A stretch of 54,529 nucleotides of DNA from NCBI GenBank assembly GCA_947450005.1, contig CANFTU010000001.1, forward strand, positions 1 to 54,529. Direction: 5' to 3'. This document shows positions 39,687 through 50,937 of this stretch, piece by piece. Source of the DNA: Comamonadaceae bacterium. Its GTDB lineage: Bacteria > Pseudomonadota > Gammaproteobacteria > Burkholderiales > Burkholderiaceae_C. Under the pieces are notes generated by a model. The model was not told the DNA's origin and searched no databases. It saw nothing but the letters and a program-made list of their open reading frames with translations. The first letter of the stretch is position 1, and every line of letters starts with the position of its first letter. Made by a program: the position numbers and the translations under genes.

Positions 39687-41402
39687 TTAGGGCTTTTTGT
39701 CCTTTTCCTCCTGCATGGATTCCAGCATGCGCTTCATGGGGTCTTCTTTATCCTCGGTGACGCTGGCTTTGTCATCGGATTTTTGCTTGGAATCCGCCTG
39801 CAGTTGCTGCATCACCGTGTCCGCATCCACGGTGGGGTCCTTGCTCAGCCCGCTGGAGACCAGGCCGGGGAAGGCAATGATCAGGCCCACCATGAAAACC
39901 TGGATCAGCACAAAAGGCACTGCGCCCCAGTAAATCTCTTCGATCGTGACCTTTTTGATGGGCTGCTTGGTGACCTTGTCCACATAGTCCTCATTGGGTG
40001 CGACGCTGCGCAGGTAAAACAGCGCGAAACCGAACGGTGGGTGCATGAACGAGGTCTGCATATTCACGGCCAACAGCACGCCGAACCACACCAGATCAAT
40101 GCCCAGCTTCTCGGCCACCGGGCCGATCAGCGGGATGATGATGAACGCGAGCTCAAAGAAGTCCAGGAAGAAGGCCAGCACGAACACCAGGATGTTGACC
40201 ACAATCAAAAAGCCCAGCTGCCCACCCGGCAGGCCGGAGAGCAAATGCTCCACCCACTTCGGTCCATCCACCCCCTGGAAGGCCAGGCTGAAAACGGTTG
40301 CCCCCATCAGAATAAACAGCACGAAGCAGGACAGCTTCATGGTCGAGTCCATGGCCTGGCGGATCAGCTTCAGGTCGATGCGGCCGCGCGCCATCGCCAT
40401 CACCAGCGCACCCACTGCGCCCATTGCGCCGCCCTCCGTTGGCGTGGCAACGCCCAGAAAAATCGTTCCCAGTACCAGGAAGATCAGACCCAGCGGCGGA
40501 ATCATCACAAAGGTCACGCGCTCGGCCATGTTGGACAGCAGGCCCATGCCGGTAACCCGGTTGACCACCGACGCCACAAAAGCAATCGCCACCCCCACAC
40601 ACATGGAGGTGACGATCAGCTCGTCCAACGCCGTGCCGTCCGGGCGCCATTTCGCAAAGGCAATGGCTGCGCCGGTGGACACGATGACCAGCAATAGCAG
40701 TGAGCGCAGTCCGGATGAGCCGTCGGCTTCACGGATGGTGCGCGCTTCCAGCGGCAATGCCGGAACTGCTGCCGGGCGGATGAAGCTGAGCAGCAGGATG
40801 TAGCCGATGTACAAGCCGGTGAGCACAAAGCCGGGAATGAAAGCACCCTTGTACAAATCGCCCACGCTTTTGCCGAGTTGGTCGGCCAGCACGATCAGCA
40901 CCAGTGAGGGCGGAATGATTTGCGCTAGCGTGCCCGAGGCTGCAATCACCCCGCTGGCCACCCGCCGGTCGTAGCCGTAGCGCAGCATGATGGGCAGCGA
41001 GATCAAGCCCATGGAGATCACCGATGCCGCCACCACCCCGGTGGTCGCCGCCAGCATGGCGCCCACCAGAATCACCGCATAGGCCAGTCCGCCACGGATA
41101 GGGCCGAAGAGCTGCCCGATGGTGTCGAGCAAGTCCTCAGCCATGCCCGAGCGTTCCAATATCAGCCCCATGAAGGTGAAGAAAGGAATCGCCAGCAGCG
41201 TGTCGTTTTGCATGATTCCGAACATGCGCAGCGGCAGGCTTTGCAAAAAGGCCGGCTGGATCACCCCCAGCTCAACCGCCACCAGGCCGAACAGCAGTCC
41301 GCAGGCCGCAAGGGAGAAAGTCACCGCGTAGCCGAACATCAAAAAGATGATCAGCGAGGCGAACATGATGGGCGCCATATTGGCGATCAGGAATTCGTTC
41401 AT
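39687..41402 (-). CDS. TRAP transporter large permease (DctM family)
   Basis: LLAIPFF, GTLAQIIPPS, ATPTEGG, QTSFMHPPFG. Confidence 0.94.
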   Translation of the reverse strand: MNEFLIANMAPIMFASLIIFLMFGYAVTFSLAACGLLFGLVAVELGVIQPAFLQSLPLRMFGIMQNDTLLAIPFFTFMGLILERSGMAEDLLDTIGQLFGPIRGGLAYAVILVGAMLAATTGVVAASVISMGLISLPIMLRYGYDRRVASGVIAASGTLAQIIPPSLVLIVLADQLGKSVGDLYKGAFIPGFVLTGLYIGYILLLSFIRPAAVPALPLEARTIREADGSSGLRSLLLLVIVSTGAAIAFAKWRPDGTALDELIVTSMCVGVAIAFVASVVNRVTGMGLLSNMAERVTFVMIPPLGLIFLVLGTIFLGVATPTEGGAMGAVGALVMAMARGRIDLKLIRQAMDSTMKLSCFVLFILMGATVFSLAFQGVDGPKWVEHLLSGLPGGQLGFLIVVNILVFVLAFFLDFFELAFIIIPLIGPVAEKLGIDLVWFGVLLAVNMQTSFMHPPFGFALFYLRSVAPNEDYVDKVTKQPIKKVTIEEIYWGAVPFVLIQVFMVGLIIAFPGLVSSGLSKDPTVDADTVMQQLQADSKQKSDDKASVTEDKEDPMKRMLESMQEEKDKKP

Positions 41403-42016
41403 GCGCTTGCTCCCATACGGGCGGCGTCACGTGCGGCCACTTCTTTTTGCAGCAGAAACTCCGCCAGCTCTTCCTCGGGGGTTTTGCTGCCTTGCTTTTT
41501 GGTCGGGTCTGGAATCAAGCCTTGCAGGAAGGCAACCCGCTTGATCAGCTCGGAGACCGCTTGGATGCCCAGCAGCAGCAAGCCCGCAGGCAGCAGCGCA
41601 AACACCGGCCAGCGGATCAGGCCGCCTGCATTGGATGACACCTCTTGCGTGACATAGGCATTGATCACCAGCGGCATGGCCAGCTTGATGATCACGATCA
41701 CGAAGGGAAACAAAAAGACGCAAATGCCGATGATGTCGATCCAAACCTGCGTGCGTTTGGAAAAGCGCCCGGAAATCACGTCAATCTTCACGTGCTCCTG
41801 GCGCATCAGCGTGTAGCCCGACGCCAGCAAGAAGGTCGCTGCGAAGAGGTACCACTGGATTTCCAGAAATCCGTTGGAGCTCATATTGAAGGCCTTGCGC
41901 ACCACCGCGTTGGCCGCGCTGATCAGCACCGCAAACAGCAGCAGCCAGGCCACCCAGCGGCCGACCCATTCGCTCAGGGCATCGATTTTTTTGGACAGGG
42001 ATAAAAGTGCATGCAT
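41399..42016 (-). CDS. TRAP transporter small permease (DctQ family)
   Basis: Four TM segments, EIQWYLF, HVKID; ATGA overlap with dctM. Confidence 0.92.
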   Translation of the reverse strand: MHALLSLSKKIDALSEWVGRWVAWLLLFAVLISAANAVVRKAFNMSSNGFLEIQWYLFAATFLLASGYTLMRQEHVKIDVISGRFSKRTQVWIDIIGICVFLFPFVIVIIKLAMPLVINAYVTQEVSSNAGGLIRWPVFALLPAGLLLLGIQAVSELIKRVAFLQGLIPDPTKKQGSKTPEEELAEFLLQKEVAARDAARMGASA

Positions 42017-42124
42017 GGTCAGGTCCAACGTGAGGGAACATTCCCGAGGTTAAACGCGAATGCCACGCCTTCCGTGCGGCGCCGGTGGCCAAAGGCTAGG
42101 GAAAACACCGACTCCCGGGCCGGT

Positions 42125-43411
42125 TCAGGCCGGTTGCAACCCGATCTGCAACAGGTACACCGCCGCCCCGCACAGGTAACCGAGCAAAGCCAGCAGGCTG
42201 ATTTTGCGCACGTACCACATGAAGTCGATGCGCTCCAGACCCATAGCGGCGACCCCTGCGGCGGAACCGATGATCAGGATGGAGCCGCCGGTGCCGGCGC
42301 AATAGGCCATGAACTCCCACAAGAAACTGTCGGTCGGGTACTTGGCCAGGTCGTACATGCCCATGCTGGCTGCCACCAGCGGCACGTTGTCAACCACGGC
42401 GCTGGCCAGGCCAATCAGGATCACGATCAGGTCCAACCGCCCCACGGCCTGGTCCAACCAGGCTGCCAGCGCGGGCAGAATGTGGCTGTGCTCCAGCACT
42501 GCGACAGCCAGCAGGATGCCAACGAAAAACACAATGGACGCCATATCGATGCGCCCCAGTGCGCGCACCAGCGTCAGGTGTTGCTTGTCATCGTCCGATT
42601 TGTTTTTGTGCATCAAATCGCCCACCATCCACAGCACGCCCAGTCCCAGCAAAATGCCCAGGAATGGCGGCAAATGGGTCACTGCCTTGAACACCGGCAC
42701 CATGACCAGCACACCCAGCCCCAGAACCAGCATGGTCACACGCTCTGCCCGGGTCGTGGGCAAGCTGCCGTCACCGGCCTCACGCGTGGGCGAGGCCACC
42801 GGCCGCGCGCCCAGACGCCAGGCCACCACCGCCAAGGGCACGAGCAGATTGACCATAGATGCCAAAAACACCCCTTGCATGATGGCCAGCGTGGTGACCT
42901 GGCCGCCAATCCACAGCATGGTGGTGGTGACATCGCCAATCGGCGTCCAGGCGCCGCCGGCATTGGCTGCAATGACGATGATCCCGGCCATCAGCAGCCG
43001 GTCTTCGCGCGCGTCGAGCAAGCGCTTCATCAGGGAGACCATGACGATGGTGGTAGTCAGGTTGTCCAAAATCGCGCTGAGAAAAAAAGTGACCATGCCA
43101 ACCAGCCAGACCAGGCTGGATAAGCGTTGGGTTCGGATGCGGGTGGTGAGCACCTCGAAACCATCATGCGCATCGACCACTTCCACGATCGCCATGGCCC
43201 CGATCAGGAAGAACACGATTTGCGCCGTGCCGGTGAGCGAGTGGGCGAGTTCGGTGTTCAGTGCTTCGGTTGTCGGCCCCATCAGCGCGTACAGGGTCCA
43301 GAGCAAACCGGCACCGATCAGGGCGCTAGCCGATTTGTTGATCCGCAAAGGATGCTCCAGCACAATGGCCAGATAGGTGAGGACGAAGAGGAGGACGATG
43401 AGGCTTGTCAT
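42125..43411 (-). CDS. nhaD: NhaD-family Na+/H+ antiporter
   Basis: INKSASAL, LDNLTT, ANAGGAWTPIGDVTT, VDNVPL, GTGGSILIIGSAAG. Confidence 0.9.
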   Translation of the reverse strand: MTSLIVLLFVLTYLAIVLEHPLRINKSASALIGAGLLWTLYALMGPTTEALNTELAHSLTGTAQIVFFLIGAMAIVEVVDAHDGFEVLTTRIRTQRLSSLVWLVGMVTFFLSAILDNLTTTIVMVSLMKRLLDAREDRLLMAGIIVIAANAGGAWTPIGDVTTTMLWIGGQVTTLAIMQGVFLASMVNLLVPLAVVAWRLGARPVASPTREAGDGSLPTTRAERVTMLVLGLGVLVMVPVFKAVTHLPPFLGILLGLGVLWMVGDLMHKNKSDDDKQHLTLVRALGRIDMASIVFFVGILLAVAVLEHSHILPALAAWLDQAVGRLDLIVILIGLASAVVDNVPLVAASMGMYDLAKYPTDSFLWEFMAYCAGTGGSILIIGSAAGVAAMGLERIDFMWYVRKISLLALLGYLCGAAVYLLQIGLQPA

Positions 43412-43472
43412 GCCCGAACCATACAGCATGCCCGGCACCGCCGGGCACGGTCAAACAAAAGACCGGGAACCC

Positions 43473-45257
43473 TCAGGCGTTGAATTGCAAAGCCGCCAGT
43501 CCCGCGTACACGCCGCCTTGGGCCACCAGTTCGGCGTGCGTGCCTTGCTCGACCAAGCGCCCCCGGTCAATCACCACGATGCGGTCGGCCTTTTGCACGG
43601 TGGCCAGGCGGTGCGCGATCACCAGCGTGGTGCGGTTGCGCATGGCAGCTTCCAGGGCGGCCTGGACCATGCGCTCGCTTTCGGCGTCCAGCGCGCTGGT
43701 GGCTTCGTCTAGCAGCAGCAGCGGCGGGTTCTTCAAAATGGCACGGGCAATCGCGATGCGCTGGCGCTGCCCGCCTGAGAGGCGTATGCCGCGCTCGCCC
43801 AAAAAGGTGTCGTAGCCCTGCGGCAGCTCGCGGATAAAGGCATCGGCAAACGCGGCTTGCGCGGCGGCATGGACCTCGGCGTCGCTGGCCTTGGGCTTGC
43901 CGTAGCGGATGTTCTCCAGCGCGCTGGTGGAAAAAATAACCGGGTCTTGCGGCACGATGCCTACCCGGTTGCGCAGGTCTTCCAGCGCCATGTCGCGACA
44001 GGGCACGCCGTCAATCGCAATGCCACCGCTCTGCGGGTCGTACATGCGCAGCAGCAACTGAAATACCGTGGTTTTGCCCGCGCCGCTGGGGCCCACGATG
44101 GCGACCGTTTGCCCCGGATGCACATCCAGCGTGAAATCGCTCAACGCATTGTGCAAGGGCCGCGAGGGGTAGTGGAATCCAATGCCTTCCATGCGCACCG
44201 CGCTGCCGGCGGCAGGCAATGCGGCAGGCAAGGGGACTGCGGGGGAGCGGATGCTGGAGCGCGAATGCAGCAACTCCACCAGCCGTTCGGTCGCGCCCGC
44301 CGCACGCAACAAATCGCCGTAGACCTCGCCCAGCACCGCAAACGCGCTGGCCAAAATGATCACGTAGACCACGGTCTGGCCCAGATCGCCCGCCGTGATC
44401 GTGCCCGCTGCCACCGCCTGCGTGCCCTGGTAAAGGCCCCACAGAAGCGCAGCCGAGGTCGCGACAATGATGAAGGCCACCAACGCGGCCCGGGCCATGC
44501 TGCGGCGTATCGCTGTCTCAAAAGCCCTGGTGGTGGAATCGGCAAAGCGGCTCGATTCGCGCCCCTGCGCGTTGTAGCTTTGCACCACGGGAATCGCGTT
44601 AAGCACCTCCGCGGCAATCGCGCTGGCGTCGGCCACCCGGTCCTGGCTGGCGCGCGACAACCGGCGCACCCGGCGTCCGAACCAGACGCTGGGCGCAATG
44701 ATGGCCAGCAGCACCGCCAGCACCTGCAACATCACCAGCGGGTTGGCATATATCAGCATGCCCAATGCGCCCACGCCCATCACCAGGTTGCGCAGCCCCA
44801 TGCTCAAGGACGAGCCGACCACGGTTTGCACCAGCGTGGTGTCGGCCGACAGGCGCGAGAGCACCTCGCCGGTTTGGGTGGTTTCAAAAAATTCCGGGCT
44901 CTGGTCCAGCACGTGGCTGTAGACCGCGTTGCGCAAGTCAGCGGTAACCCGCTCGCCCAACCAACTCACCATGTAAAAGCGCCCCGCCGACAGAACGCCC
45001 AGCGCCGTGGCCAGTAAAAACAAATTGACAAAGTGACCTTGCACGGCGGCAGCGTGGCCCCCGCTGCCGGCCGCGGCAATGCCGCCGTCAATCAGGCTGC
45101 GCAGTGCCAGCGGAAAGGCCAGCGTGGCAGCGGCCGTGGCAAGCAAAAAGAAGAGCGCCACGCCGATGCGCGCACGGTAAGGCTTCAAAAACGGCAGCAA
45201 ACCGCCCAGCGAGGTGGGTGGCGCGGTGGCGCGGGCGGTGGCAAGTGGTGGGGGCAT
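43473..45257 (-). CDS. ABC exporter, fused permease/ATPase (MsbA/ExsA-like)
   Basis: TM domain plus GPSGAGKT, LSGGQRQR, LLLLDEATSALD, IAHRL. Confidence 0.93.
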   Translation of the reverse strand: MPPPLATARATAPPTSLGGLLPFLKPYRARIGVALFFLLATAAATLAFPLALRSLIDGGIAAAGSGGHAAAVQGHFVNLFLLATALGVLSAGRFYMVSWLGERVTADLRNAVYSHVLDQSPEFFETTQTGEVLSRLSADTTLVQTVVGSSLSMGLRNLVMGVGALGMLIYANPLVMLQVLAVLLAIIAPSVWFGRRVRRLSRASQDRVADASAIAAEVLNAIPVVQSYNAQGRESSRFADSTTRAFETAIRRSMARAALVAFIIVATSAALLWGLYQGTQAVAAGTITAGDLGQTVVYVIILASAFAVLGEVYGDLLRAAGATERLVELLHSRSSIRSPAVPLPAALPAAGSAVRMEGIGFHYPSRPLHNALSDFTLDVHPGQTVAIVGPSGAGKTTVFQLLLRMYDPQSGGIAIDGVPCRDMALEDLRNRVGIVPQDPVIFSTSALENIRYGKPKASDAEVHAAAQAAFADAFIRELPQGYDTFLGERGIRLSGGQRQRIAIARAILKNPPLLLLDEATSALDAESERMVQAALEAAMRNRTTLVIAHRLATVQKADRIVVIDRGRLVEQGTHAELVAQGGVYAGLAALQFNA

Positions 45258-45409
45258 AGGGGTCGGTCGGGAGGGTCAATCAGCCGGGATTCGGCGCACG
45301 GTGCATGCTAACGGTCTGCGCTGCCGCATGGAGATAATGGTCGCATACACGGGTCCAAACCCCGTGAAGCGCGTGAAAAAACTGTTTCGCAAACCAAGGA
45401 GTGTTCCCC

Positions 45410-46033
45410 ATGATTGTGGCTTCGTTTATCGGACAAAAAGGTGGCGTGGGCAAAAGTGCGCTGGCGCGGGTATTGGCGGTGGCAGCGGCGCACCAGGGCC
45501 AGCGCGTGCTGATTGGTGACTTTGACCTGGAGCAGCTCTCCTGTGTGGAATGGGCTGCGACCCGCATGGCCGCTGAGATCGAGCCCGAAGTCGAGGCCCG
45601 TGCCGCCAAAAGCATCAAAAAGCTGCGCCGCGCGGCCGAGGGGTATGACCTGCTGGTGATCGATACGCGCGGTTTGGCCGACGAACTGACCACCGACGTG
45701 GCGCGTGAAAGCGATGTGGTGTTCTTGCCCACCGGAACCTCGATGGACGATTTGCGCCCCACGCTGGGTCTGGCCAAGCGGCTGGCGCGCCTGCGCGATA
45801 CAGGTGAAAAAATTGTGTTGGTGCTGTCCAAGACCGGCCGCTCCGAGCGCCTGGTCGACAGCGCGCTGGCGCTGATTGAAGAGTCCGGTTTCTCGTGCCT
45901 GAGCGTGCACTGGCCGCAGCGCGACGGTTTCCAGGCAGACCTGGACGCCGGTCGTGCCGGCAGCGAATCGAGCAACCCCTACCTCAAACAAGCGGCTGCC
46001 GAGATCGAAGCAGCCATGCTCGCCTGCCTGTGA
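45410..46033 (+). CDS. Orphan ParA/MinD-family ATPase
   Basis: Deviant Walker A GQKGGVGKS, GDFDLEQ, VIDTRG; AAGGAG SD; no parB nearby. Confidence 0.85.
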   Translation: MIVASFIGQKGGVGKSALARVLAVAAAHQGQRVLIGDFDLEQLSCVEWAATRMAAEIEPEVEARAAKSIKKLRRAAEGYDLLVIDTRGLADELTTDVARESDVVFLPTGTSMDDLRPTLGLAKRLARLRDTGEKIVLVLSKTGRSERLVDSALALIEESGFSCLSVHWPQRDGFQADLDAGRAGSESSNPYLKQAAAEIEAAMLACL

Positions 46034-46050
46034 GCTGACTCGGCGCGGGC

Positions 46051-47016
46051 TCATGCCTGCGTCCCCCGGGCTACCAGCGCCTGCACGGCGCGCAGCACCT
46101 GCTCGGTGGCCGAATCGGCCTGGCAATCCACCACCTGCCGCTGCGGCATGGAACGCAGCCAGGTGATTTGCCGTTTGGCCAGTTGCCGGGTGGCCGCTAT
46201 GGCACGCTCGCGCATGGCGGCCACATCTCCCGCGCCTTCCAGCATGTCCCAGGCTTGCCGGTAACCCACGCAGCGCATGGACGGCAGATCGGCGTGCAAA
46301 TCGCCCCGGGCGCGCAGTTGGCGCACCTCGTCCACAAAGCCCGCAGCCAGCATGGTGTCAAAGCGCTGCGCGATGCGCGCGTGCAGCCAGGCCCGGTCTG
46401 GCGGCTCCAGCGAGATCAACGGCACATCGGACCGCGCCGGTGCAGCGCTGCGGGCATGAAAGTGCGACAGCGGCAGACCGCTGGCACGATACACCTCCAG
46501 CGCCCGCTGGATGCGCTGGCTGTCTGCCGGCGCCAAGCGCGCTGCGGTCACCGGATCCACCTGCGCCAATTCGGCATGCATCGCCGGCCAGCCTTTTTGC
46601 TGTGCTTGTTCCTCAATGGCGGCACGCAAGGCGGGTTGCGCGGGGGGCATCGGGTCTATGCCGTCAAACAGGGCTTTGAAATACAACATCGTCCCGCCCA
46701 CCAGCAGCGGCAGCCGATTGCGGGCGGCGATCTGGCGGATCAGGGTTTGCGCGTCCTGCACAAATTCGGCTGCGCTGTACGCCTGCAGCGGGTCGCGGAT
46801 ATTGATCAGGTGGTGGGGCACCGAGGCGCGTTCGGCGGCACTCGGCTTGGCGGTTCCGATATCCATGCCGCGGTACACCAGCGCCGAGTCCACGCTGATG
46901 ATCTCCACCGGGTGGGCTTGGGCGATGGCCAGCGCGGCAGCGGTTTTGCCGCTGGCGGTGGGGCCGGCCAGGCAGATGTACAGCGGCAACGCCGACGCAG
47001 AGCCGGATGCGGGCAT
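46051..47016 (-). CDS. miaA: tRNA dimethylallyltransferase
   Basis: [42 protein letters not shown]; TGATG overlap with mutL. Confidence 0.97.
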   Translation of the reverse strand: MPASGSASALPLYICLAGPTASGKTAAALAIAQAHPVEIISVDSALVYRGMDIGTAKPSAAERASVPHHLINIRDPLQAYSAAEFVQDAQTLIRQIAARNRLPLLVGGTMLYFKALFDGIDPMPPAQPALRAAIEEQAQQKGWPAMHAELAQVDPVTAARLAPADSQRIQRALEVYRASGLPLSHFHARSAAPARSDVPLISLEPPDRAWLHARIAQRFDTMLAAGFVDEVRQLRARGDLHADLPSMRCVGYRQAWDMLEGAGDVAAMRERAIAATRQLAKRQITWLRSMPQRQVVDCQADSATEQVLRAVQALVARGTQA

Positions 47017-48923
47017 CAACGCCCCCGCATGAACAGCCGGTCCAGCTCGGCCACGCTGATTTGCCGCCAGGTCGGGCGACCGTGGTTGCACTGGTCGCTG
47101 CGCTCGGTGGCTTCCATCTGGCGCAAAAGGGCGTTCATCTCGTCGATGTTCAAGCGCCGGTTGGCGCGCACCGCGCCGTGACAAGCCATGGTCGACAGAA
47201 TCTCGTCTTGCGCGCGTTGGATCACGGTGCTGGCATCGTGTTGTGCCAGCTCAGACAGCACGCTGCGCGCCAATTCCACCGCGTCGCCTTGCGCCAGCGT
47301 GGCGGGTACCGCGCGCACGGCCAGGGTTTTGGCCGAGAAGGCCGCCACATCCAGGCCCAGCGTGTGCAGCGTCTCGGCGTGGGTTTGCGCCGTGTCGATT
47401 TCCAGGGGCGTTGCCGCAAAGGTGGCGGGCAAGAGCAGCGGCTGGCTGGCGATTGCGGGCGCAGCGTCGCCCTGCAACTGGCTTTTGAGCCGCTCGTAGA
47501 CGATGCGTTCGTGCGCGGCGTGCATGTCAACGACGATCAGGCCTTGCTTGTTTTCAGCCAGGATGTAAATGCCCTGCAATTGCGCCAGCGCGCGGCCCAG
47601 CGGCCAATCTTCCGGGGGCGCTTCGGCCGTTTGCTGCCGCGCAGGCATCTCGCCAGATTGGGGCTGCCAGAGGGCGCCAATCTCCGGGACCCGCGTGCCG
47701 GGTGGGGCGTCGCGCCACGGCGCTGCTTGCGCACTGGTTTTCCAGGTCGGCGGATCTGCCTCAGAAGCGCGCAAGGCCATGGGGGCCTGGGTGGAATAAA
47801 GCGGTCGCGCAGCGGCCGCTTGGCCGCGCAGACCGAATCCATCTTGGGTGGCTGGCGCAGCCTCGGCGCTGGCTGCGCGCGGAGCAGCCAGCGCGGCCTC
47901 GACGGCGTGGCGGATGGCCTGGTGGACTTCGCGGCTGTCGCGAAAACGCACCTCGATTTTGGTCGGATGGACGTTCACATCCACCCGCGTCGGCTCCATC
48001 GCCAGGTACAACGCGTAGACCGGTTGGCGTTGGCCGTGCAAAACATCTTCAAACGCGCTGCGGGCCGCGTGGCTGAGCACTTTGTCGCGGACAAAGCGGC
48101 CGTTCACATAGGCAAATTGCTGGTCGGCGCGGGCCCGTGCGGCGTCGGGAATACCCACCCGGCCCCAGACCTTCAGGCGGTGGGTGTCGGCTGTTGCGCC
48201 ATCGCCGCTGGTCCATTCCACGGCGACGGAACGCGCCAGAAAATCCGCCCCCAAGACATCGCCCAGGCGCTGATCCAGCGTGTCGGCAGAGTGCTGACCG
48301 CCAGCGAAGCGCCGCCATTGCTCGACCAGCTTGCCTTCGTGCCAGATGGAAAAGCCCACATCCGGGCGCGCCAGCGCGTGGCGGCGCACGGCTTCGATGC
48401 AGTGGGCCAGCTCGGTGGCGTCGGTTTTGAGGAATTTGCGCCGCGCCGGGGTGCTGTAAAAAAGCTCTTTCACCTCCACCGTGGTGCCGGGTGCGCGGGC
48501 CACGGGGCGCAATTCGCCGGTGCGCCCGTCCAACATATATGCCGGTGCATCGGCAGTGCGCGAGAGGATCGCGCAATCGGCAATCGCGTTGATGGCGGCC
48601 AGCGCCTCGCCCCGAAAACCCATGGTGGCCACCGACTCCAGGTCTTCCAGGCTGCCGATCTTGCTGGTCGCGTGGCGCTTGAAGGCAATCGGCAACTCGT
48701 CCGACGGAATGCCCACGCCGTCGTCTTCCACCGCAATCAGCCGCACGCCGCCGGCCAGCAGGCGCACCGTGATCTGGCGCGCCTGCGCGTCCAGCGCGTT
48801 GTCCACCAGTTCCCGCACAACCGAGGCCGGACGCTCCACCACTTCGCCGGCTGCAATCTGGCTGATCAGCGTGTCGGGCAGTTCACGGATGGGGCGGCGC
48901 GCGGGGGAGAGGGACAGGGTCAC
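47016..48923 (-). CDS. mutL: DNA mismatch repair endonuclease MutL
   Basis: [37 protein letters not shown] endonuclease motif, ACH, CNHGRP. Confidence 0.98.
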   Translation of the reverse strand: MTLSLSPARRPIRELPDTLISQIAAGEVVERPASVVRELVDNALDAQARQITVRLLAGGVRLIAVEDDGVGIPSDELPIAFKRHATSKIGSLEDLESVATMGFRGEALAAINAIADCAILSRTADAPAYMLDGRTGELRPVARAPGTTVEVKELFYSTPARRKFLKTDATELAHCIEAVRRHALARPDVGFSIWHEGKLVEQWRRFAGGQHSADTLDQRLGDVLGADFLARSVAVEWTSGDGATADTHRLKVWGRVGIPDAARARADQQFAYVNGRFVRDKVLSHAARSAFEDVLHGQRQPVYALYLAMEPTRVDVNVHPTKIEVRFRDSREVHQAIRHAVEAALAAPRAASAEAAPATQDGFGLRGQAAAARPLYSTQAPMALRASEADPPTWKTSAQAAPWRDAPPGTRVPEIGALWQPQSGEMPARQQTAEAPPEDWPLGRALAQLQGIYILAENKQGLIVVDMHAAHERIVYERLKSQLQGDAAPAIASQPLLLPATFAATPLEIDTAQTHAETLHTLGLDVAAFSAKTLAVRAVPATLAQGDAVELARSVLSELAQHDASTVIQRAQDEILSTMACHGAVRANRRLNIDEMNALLRQMEATERSDQCNHGRPTWRQISVAELDRLFMRGR

Positions 48924-49007
48924 CGGCTCATTTTAGGTGGCGCTGTTCGCGGGTGACGCCCGCGAAACCGGTGCGCGTAGGCGTCCGGCAGTGGGCTGGC
49001 TCTGTCC

Positions 49008-49140
49008 ATAAAATATTGTTCTGATTGGATGGGCTTATTATTTATTTACCAAATATAGTGAATATTGAGCAATTAAATATCGTAATAATTGCTTTTCTCA
49101 CACAATAAGCAATGATCTTTCGCGCCGGGCTGCGTAAACT
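49008..49140 (+). promoter_or_regulatory. AT-rich regulatory region upstream of leuA
   Basis: Sharp AT enrichment; repeated (A/G)AATAT; AGCAATTA-N10-TAATTGCT inverted repeat; -10-like TAAACT at 49135-49140. Confidence 0.55.
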
Positions 49141-49175
49141 GCCCGCATCCTGACATTTACTCGCCAAAGGTTTCC

Positions 49176-50885
49176 ATGCTCCAGAACCCCGCCACCAAGT
49201 ACCGCGCTTTCCCGGCTATCGACTTGCCCGACCGCCAGTGGCCCAGCCGCACCATCACCGCCCCGCCGGTCTGGATGAGCACCGATTTGCGTGACGGCAA
49301 CCAGTCGCTGTTTGAGCCCATGAATCTGGAGCGCAAGCTGCGCATGTTCCGCAGCGTCTGCCAAATTGGGTTCAAAGAAATCGAGGTCGGTTTCCCCAGC
49401 GCCTCGCAAACCGACTTTGACTTCGTGCGCAAATTGGTCGACGACAAGCTGATCCCGCAGGACGTCACGATCGAAGTCCTGACCCAGGCGCGCGAACACC
49501 TGATCCGTCGCACTTTCGAGTCCGTGGCCGGTGCCCGTCGGGTGATCATGCATGTCTACAACGCCACCGCGCCGCTGTTTCGCGATGTGGTCTTCAACAT
49601 GAGTAAGGCCGAGGTCGTACAGCTCGCGGTGGAATCGGTCACGCTCATCAAAGAGCTGGCCCAGGCGCACCCGCAAACCGAGTGGGTTTTGCAATACAGC
49701 CCCGAACTTTTCACCTCCACCGAGTTGGAATTTGCCAAAGAGGTTTGTGACGCCGTCACCGCTGTGTGGGGCGCCACGCCCGACAACAAAGTCATTCTCA
49801 ATTTGCCCGCCACCGTGGAAGTGGCCACACCCAATATTTATGCCGACCAGGTCGAGTGGATGCACCGCAATGTGGCGCGGCGCGACAGCGTGATCATCAG
49901 CCTGCACCCGCACAACGACCGTGGCACGGCCGTGGCTGCTGCAGAACTGGGCATCATGGCCGGCGCCGACCGCGTGGAAGGCTGCCTGTTTGGCAACGGC
50001 GAGCGCACTGGGAATGTGGACATCGTCACCCTGGCGCTCAACCTCTACACCCAGGGCGTCAACCCGGGACTGGATTTTTCGGACATCAACGCCGTGGCCC
50101 GCACGGTCGAGCATTGCAACCAGTTACCCATCCATCCCCGCCACCCTTACGTGGGCGACTTGGTGTTCACCGCGTTCAGCGGCTCGCACCAGGACGCCAT
50201 CAAAAAGGGCTTTTCGGCGCTGGACAAGAACGGCCTGTGGAACGTGCCCTACCTGCCCATCGACCCGGCGGATGTGGGCCGCACCTACGACTCCATCATC
50301 CGCGTCAACAGCCAGTCGGGCAAAGGTGGCGTGGCTTATCTGATGGAAGCCGAGTTCGGCGTGGTCATGCCGCGCCGTTTGCAGGTGGAGTTTTCCGGCG
50401 AGGTGCAGGCCTACACCGACACCCACGGCGGCGAGATGACCGCGCAGGCCATCTGGGATTTGTTCGCTTCTACCTACCTCGACACCACCGTGCCGCTGCA
50501 CTACGTGGAACACAACCTCACCGACCATCCGCACAACACCAGCGGGCAGGGCATCCGCCTGGTGGTGGAGGCGGCCGGTGTGCGGCACGTGCTCAAAGGC
50601 CACGGCAACGGGCCTATTGATGCGGCGGTGCAGGCTCTGCAAACCCTGGGTGTGCGCGTGCAGGTGCGCAACTTTGAGGAGCGCTCCACCAAAGCCAGCG
50701 AAGAAGCCGGCGAGGCCCAGGCCTGCGCCTTCATGGAATTGGCGACGGTGGGCGGCGACAAACTCGAGCGCTTTGGCGTGGGTCTGGATACCAATATCGT
50801 CACCGCCTCGATCAAGGCGCTGGTGAGTGGGGTGAACCGCTTGGGCGTCGGCGTCCAAGCGCCTGCGGCGGCGCTGGCGGCCTGA
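49176..50885 (+). CDS. leuA: 2-isopropylmalate synthase (LeuA type 2, yeast/actinobacterial-like)
   Basis: [56 protein letters not shown] regulatory domain. Confidence 0.96.
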   Translation: MLQNPATKYRAFPAIDLPDRQWPSRTITAPPVWMSTDLRDGNQSLFEPMNLERKLRMFRSVCQIGFKEIEVGFPSASQTDFDFVRKLVDDKLIPQDVTIEVLTQAREHLIRRTFESVAGARRVIMHVYNATAPLFRDVVFNMSKAEVVQLAVESVTLIKELAQAHPQTEWVLQYSPELFTSTELEFAKEVCDAVTAVWGATPDNKVILNLPATVEVATPNIYADQVEWMHRNVARRDSVIISLHPHNDRGTAVAAAELGIMAGADRVEGCLFGNGERTGNVDIVTLALNLYTQGVNPGLDFSDINAVARTVEHCNQLPIHPRHPYVGDLVFTAFSGSHQDAIKKGFSALDKNGLWNVPYLPIDPADVGRTYDSIIRVNSQSGKGGVAYLMEAEFGVVMPRRLQVEFSGEVQAYTDTHGGEMTAQAIWDLFASTYLDTTVPLHYVEHNLTDHPHNTSGQGIRLVVEAAGVRHVLKGHGNGPIDAAVQALQTLGVRVQVRNFEERSTKASEEAGEAQACAFMELATVGGDKLERFGVGLDTNIVTASIKALVSGVNRLGVGVQAPAAALAA

Positions 50886-50937
50886 GCCGGCGGGTATCGA
50901 GGGTTCGGGGGGCAGCGGGCGCTGATAATCCCGCGCC

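Noticed and set aside
45382-45397. CTGT-N8-CCAA resembling a LexA box upstream of parA
   Set aside because: The right half-site deviates from ACAG at two positions; too weak to call
47007-48956. 649-aa ORF antisense to mutL (likewise 21703-23415, 26419-27954, 27951-29471, 36594-37955, 20176-21579)
   Set aside because: Codon-bias mirror ORFs fully overlapping well-supported genes
49008-49115. AT-rich patch as a possible oriC or mobile-element scar
   Set aside because: No DnaA boxes, terminal repeats, target duplications or transposase remnants seen; better explained as a promoter region
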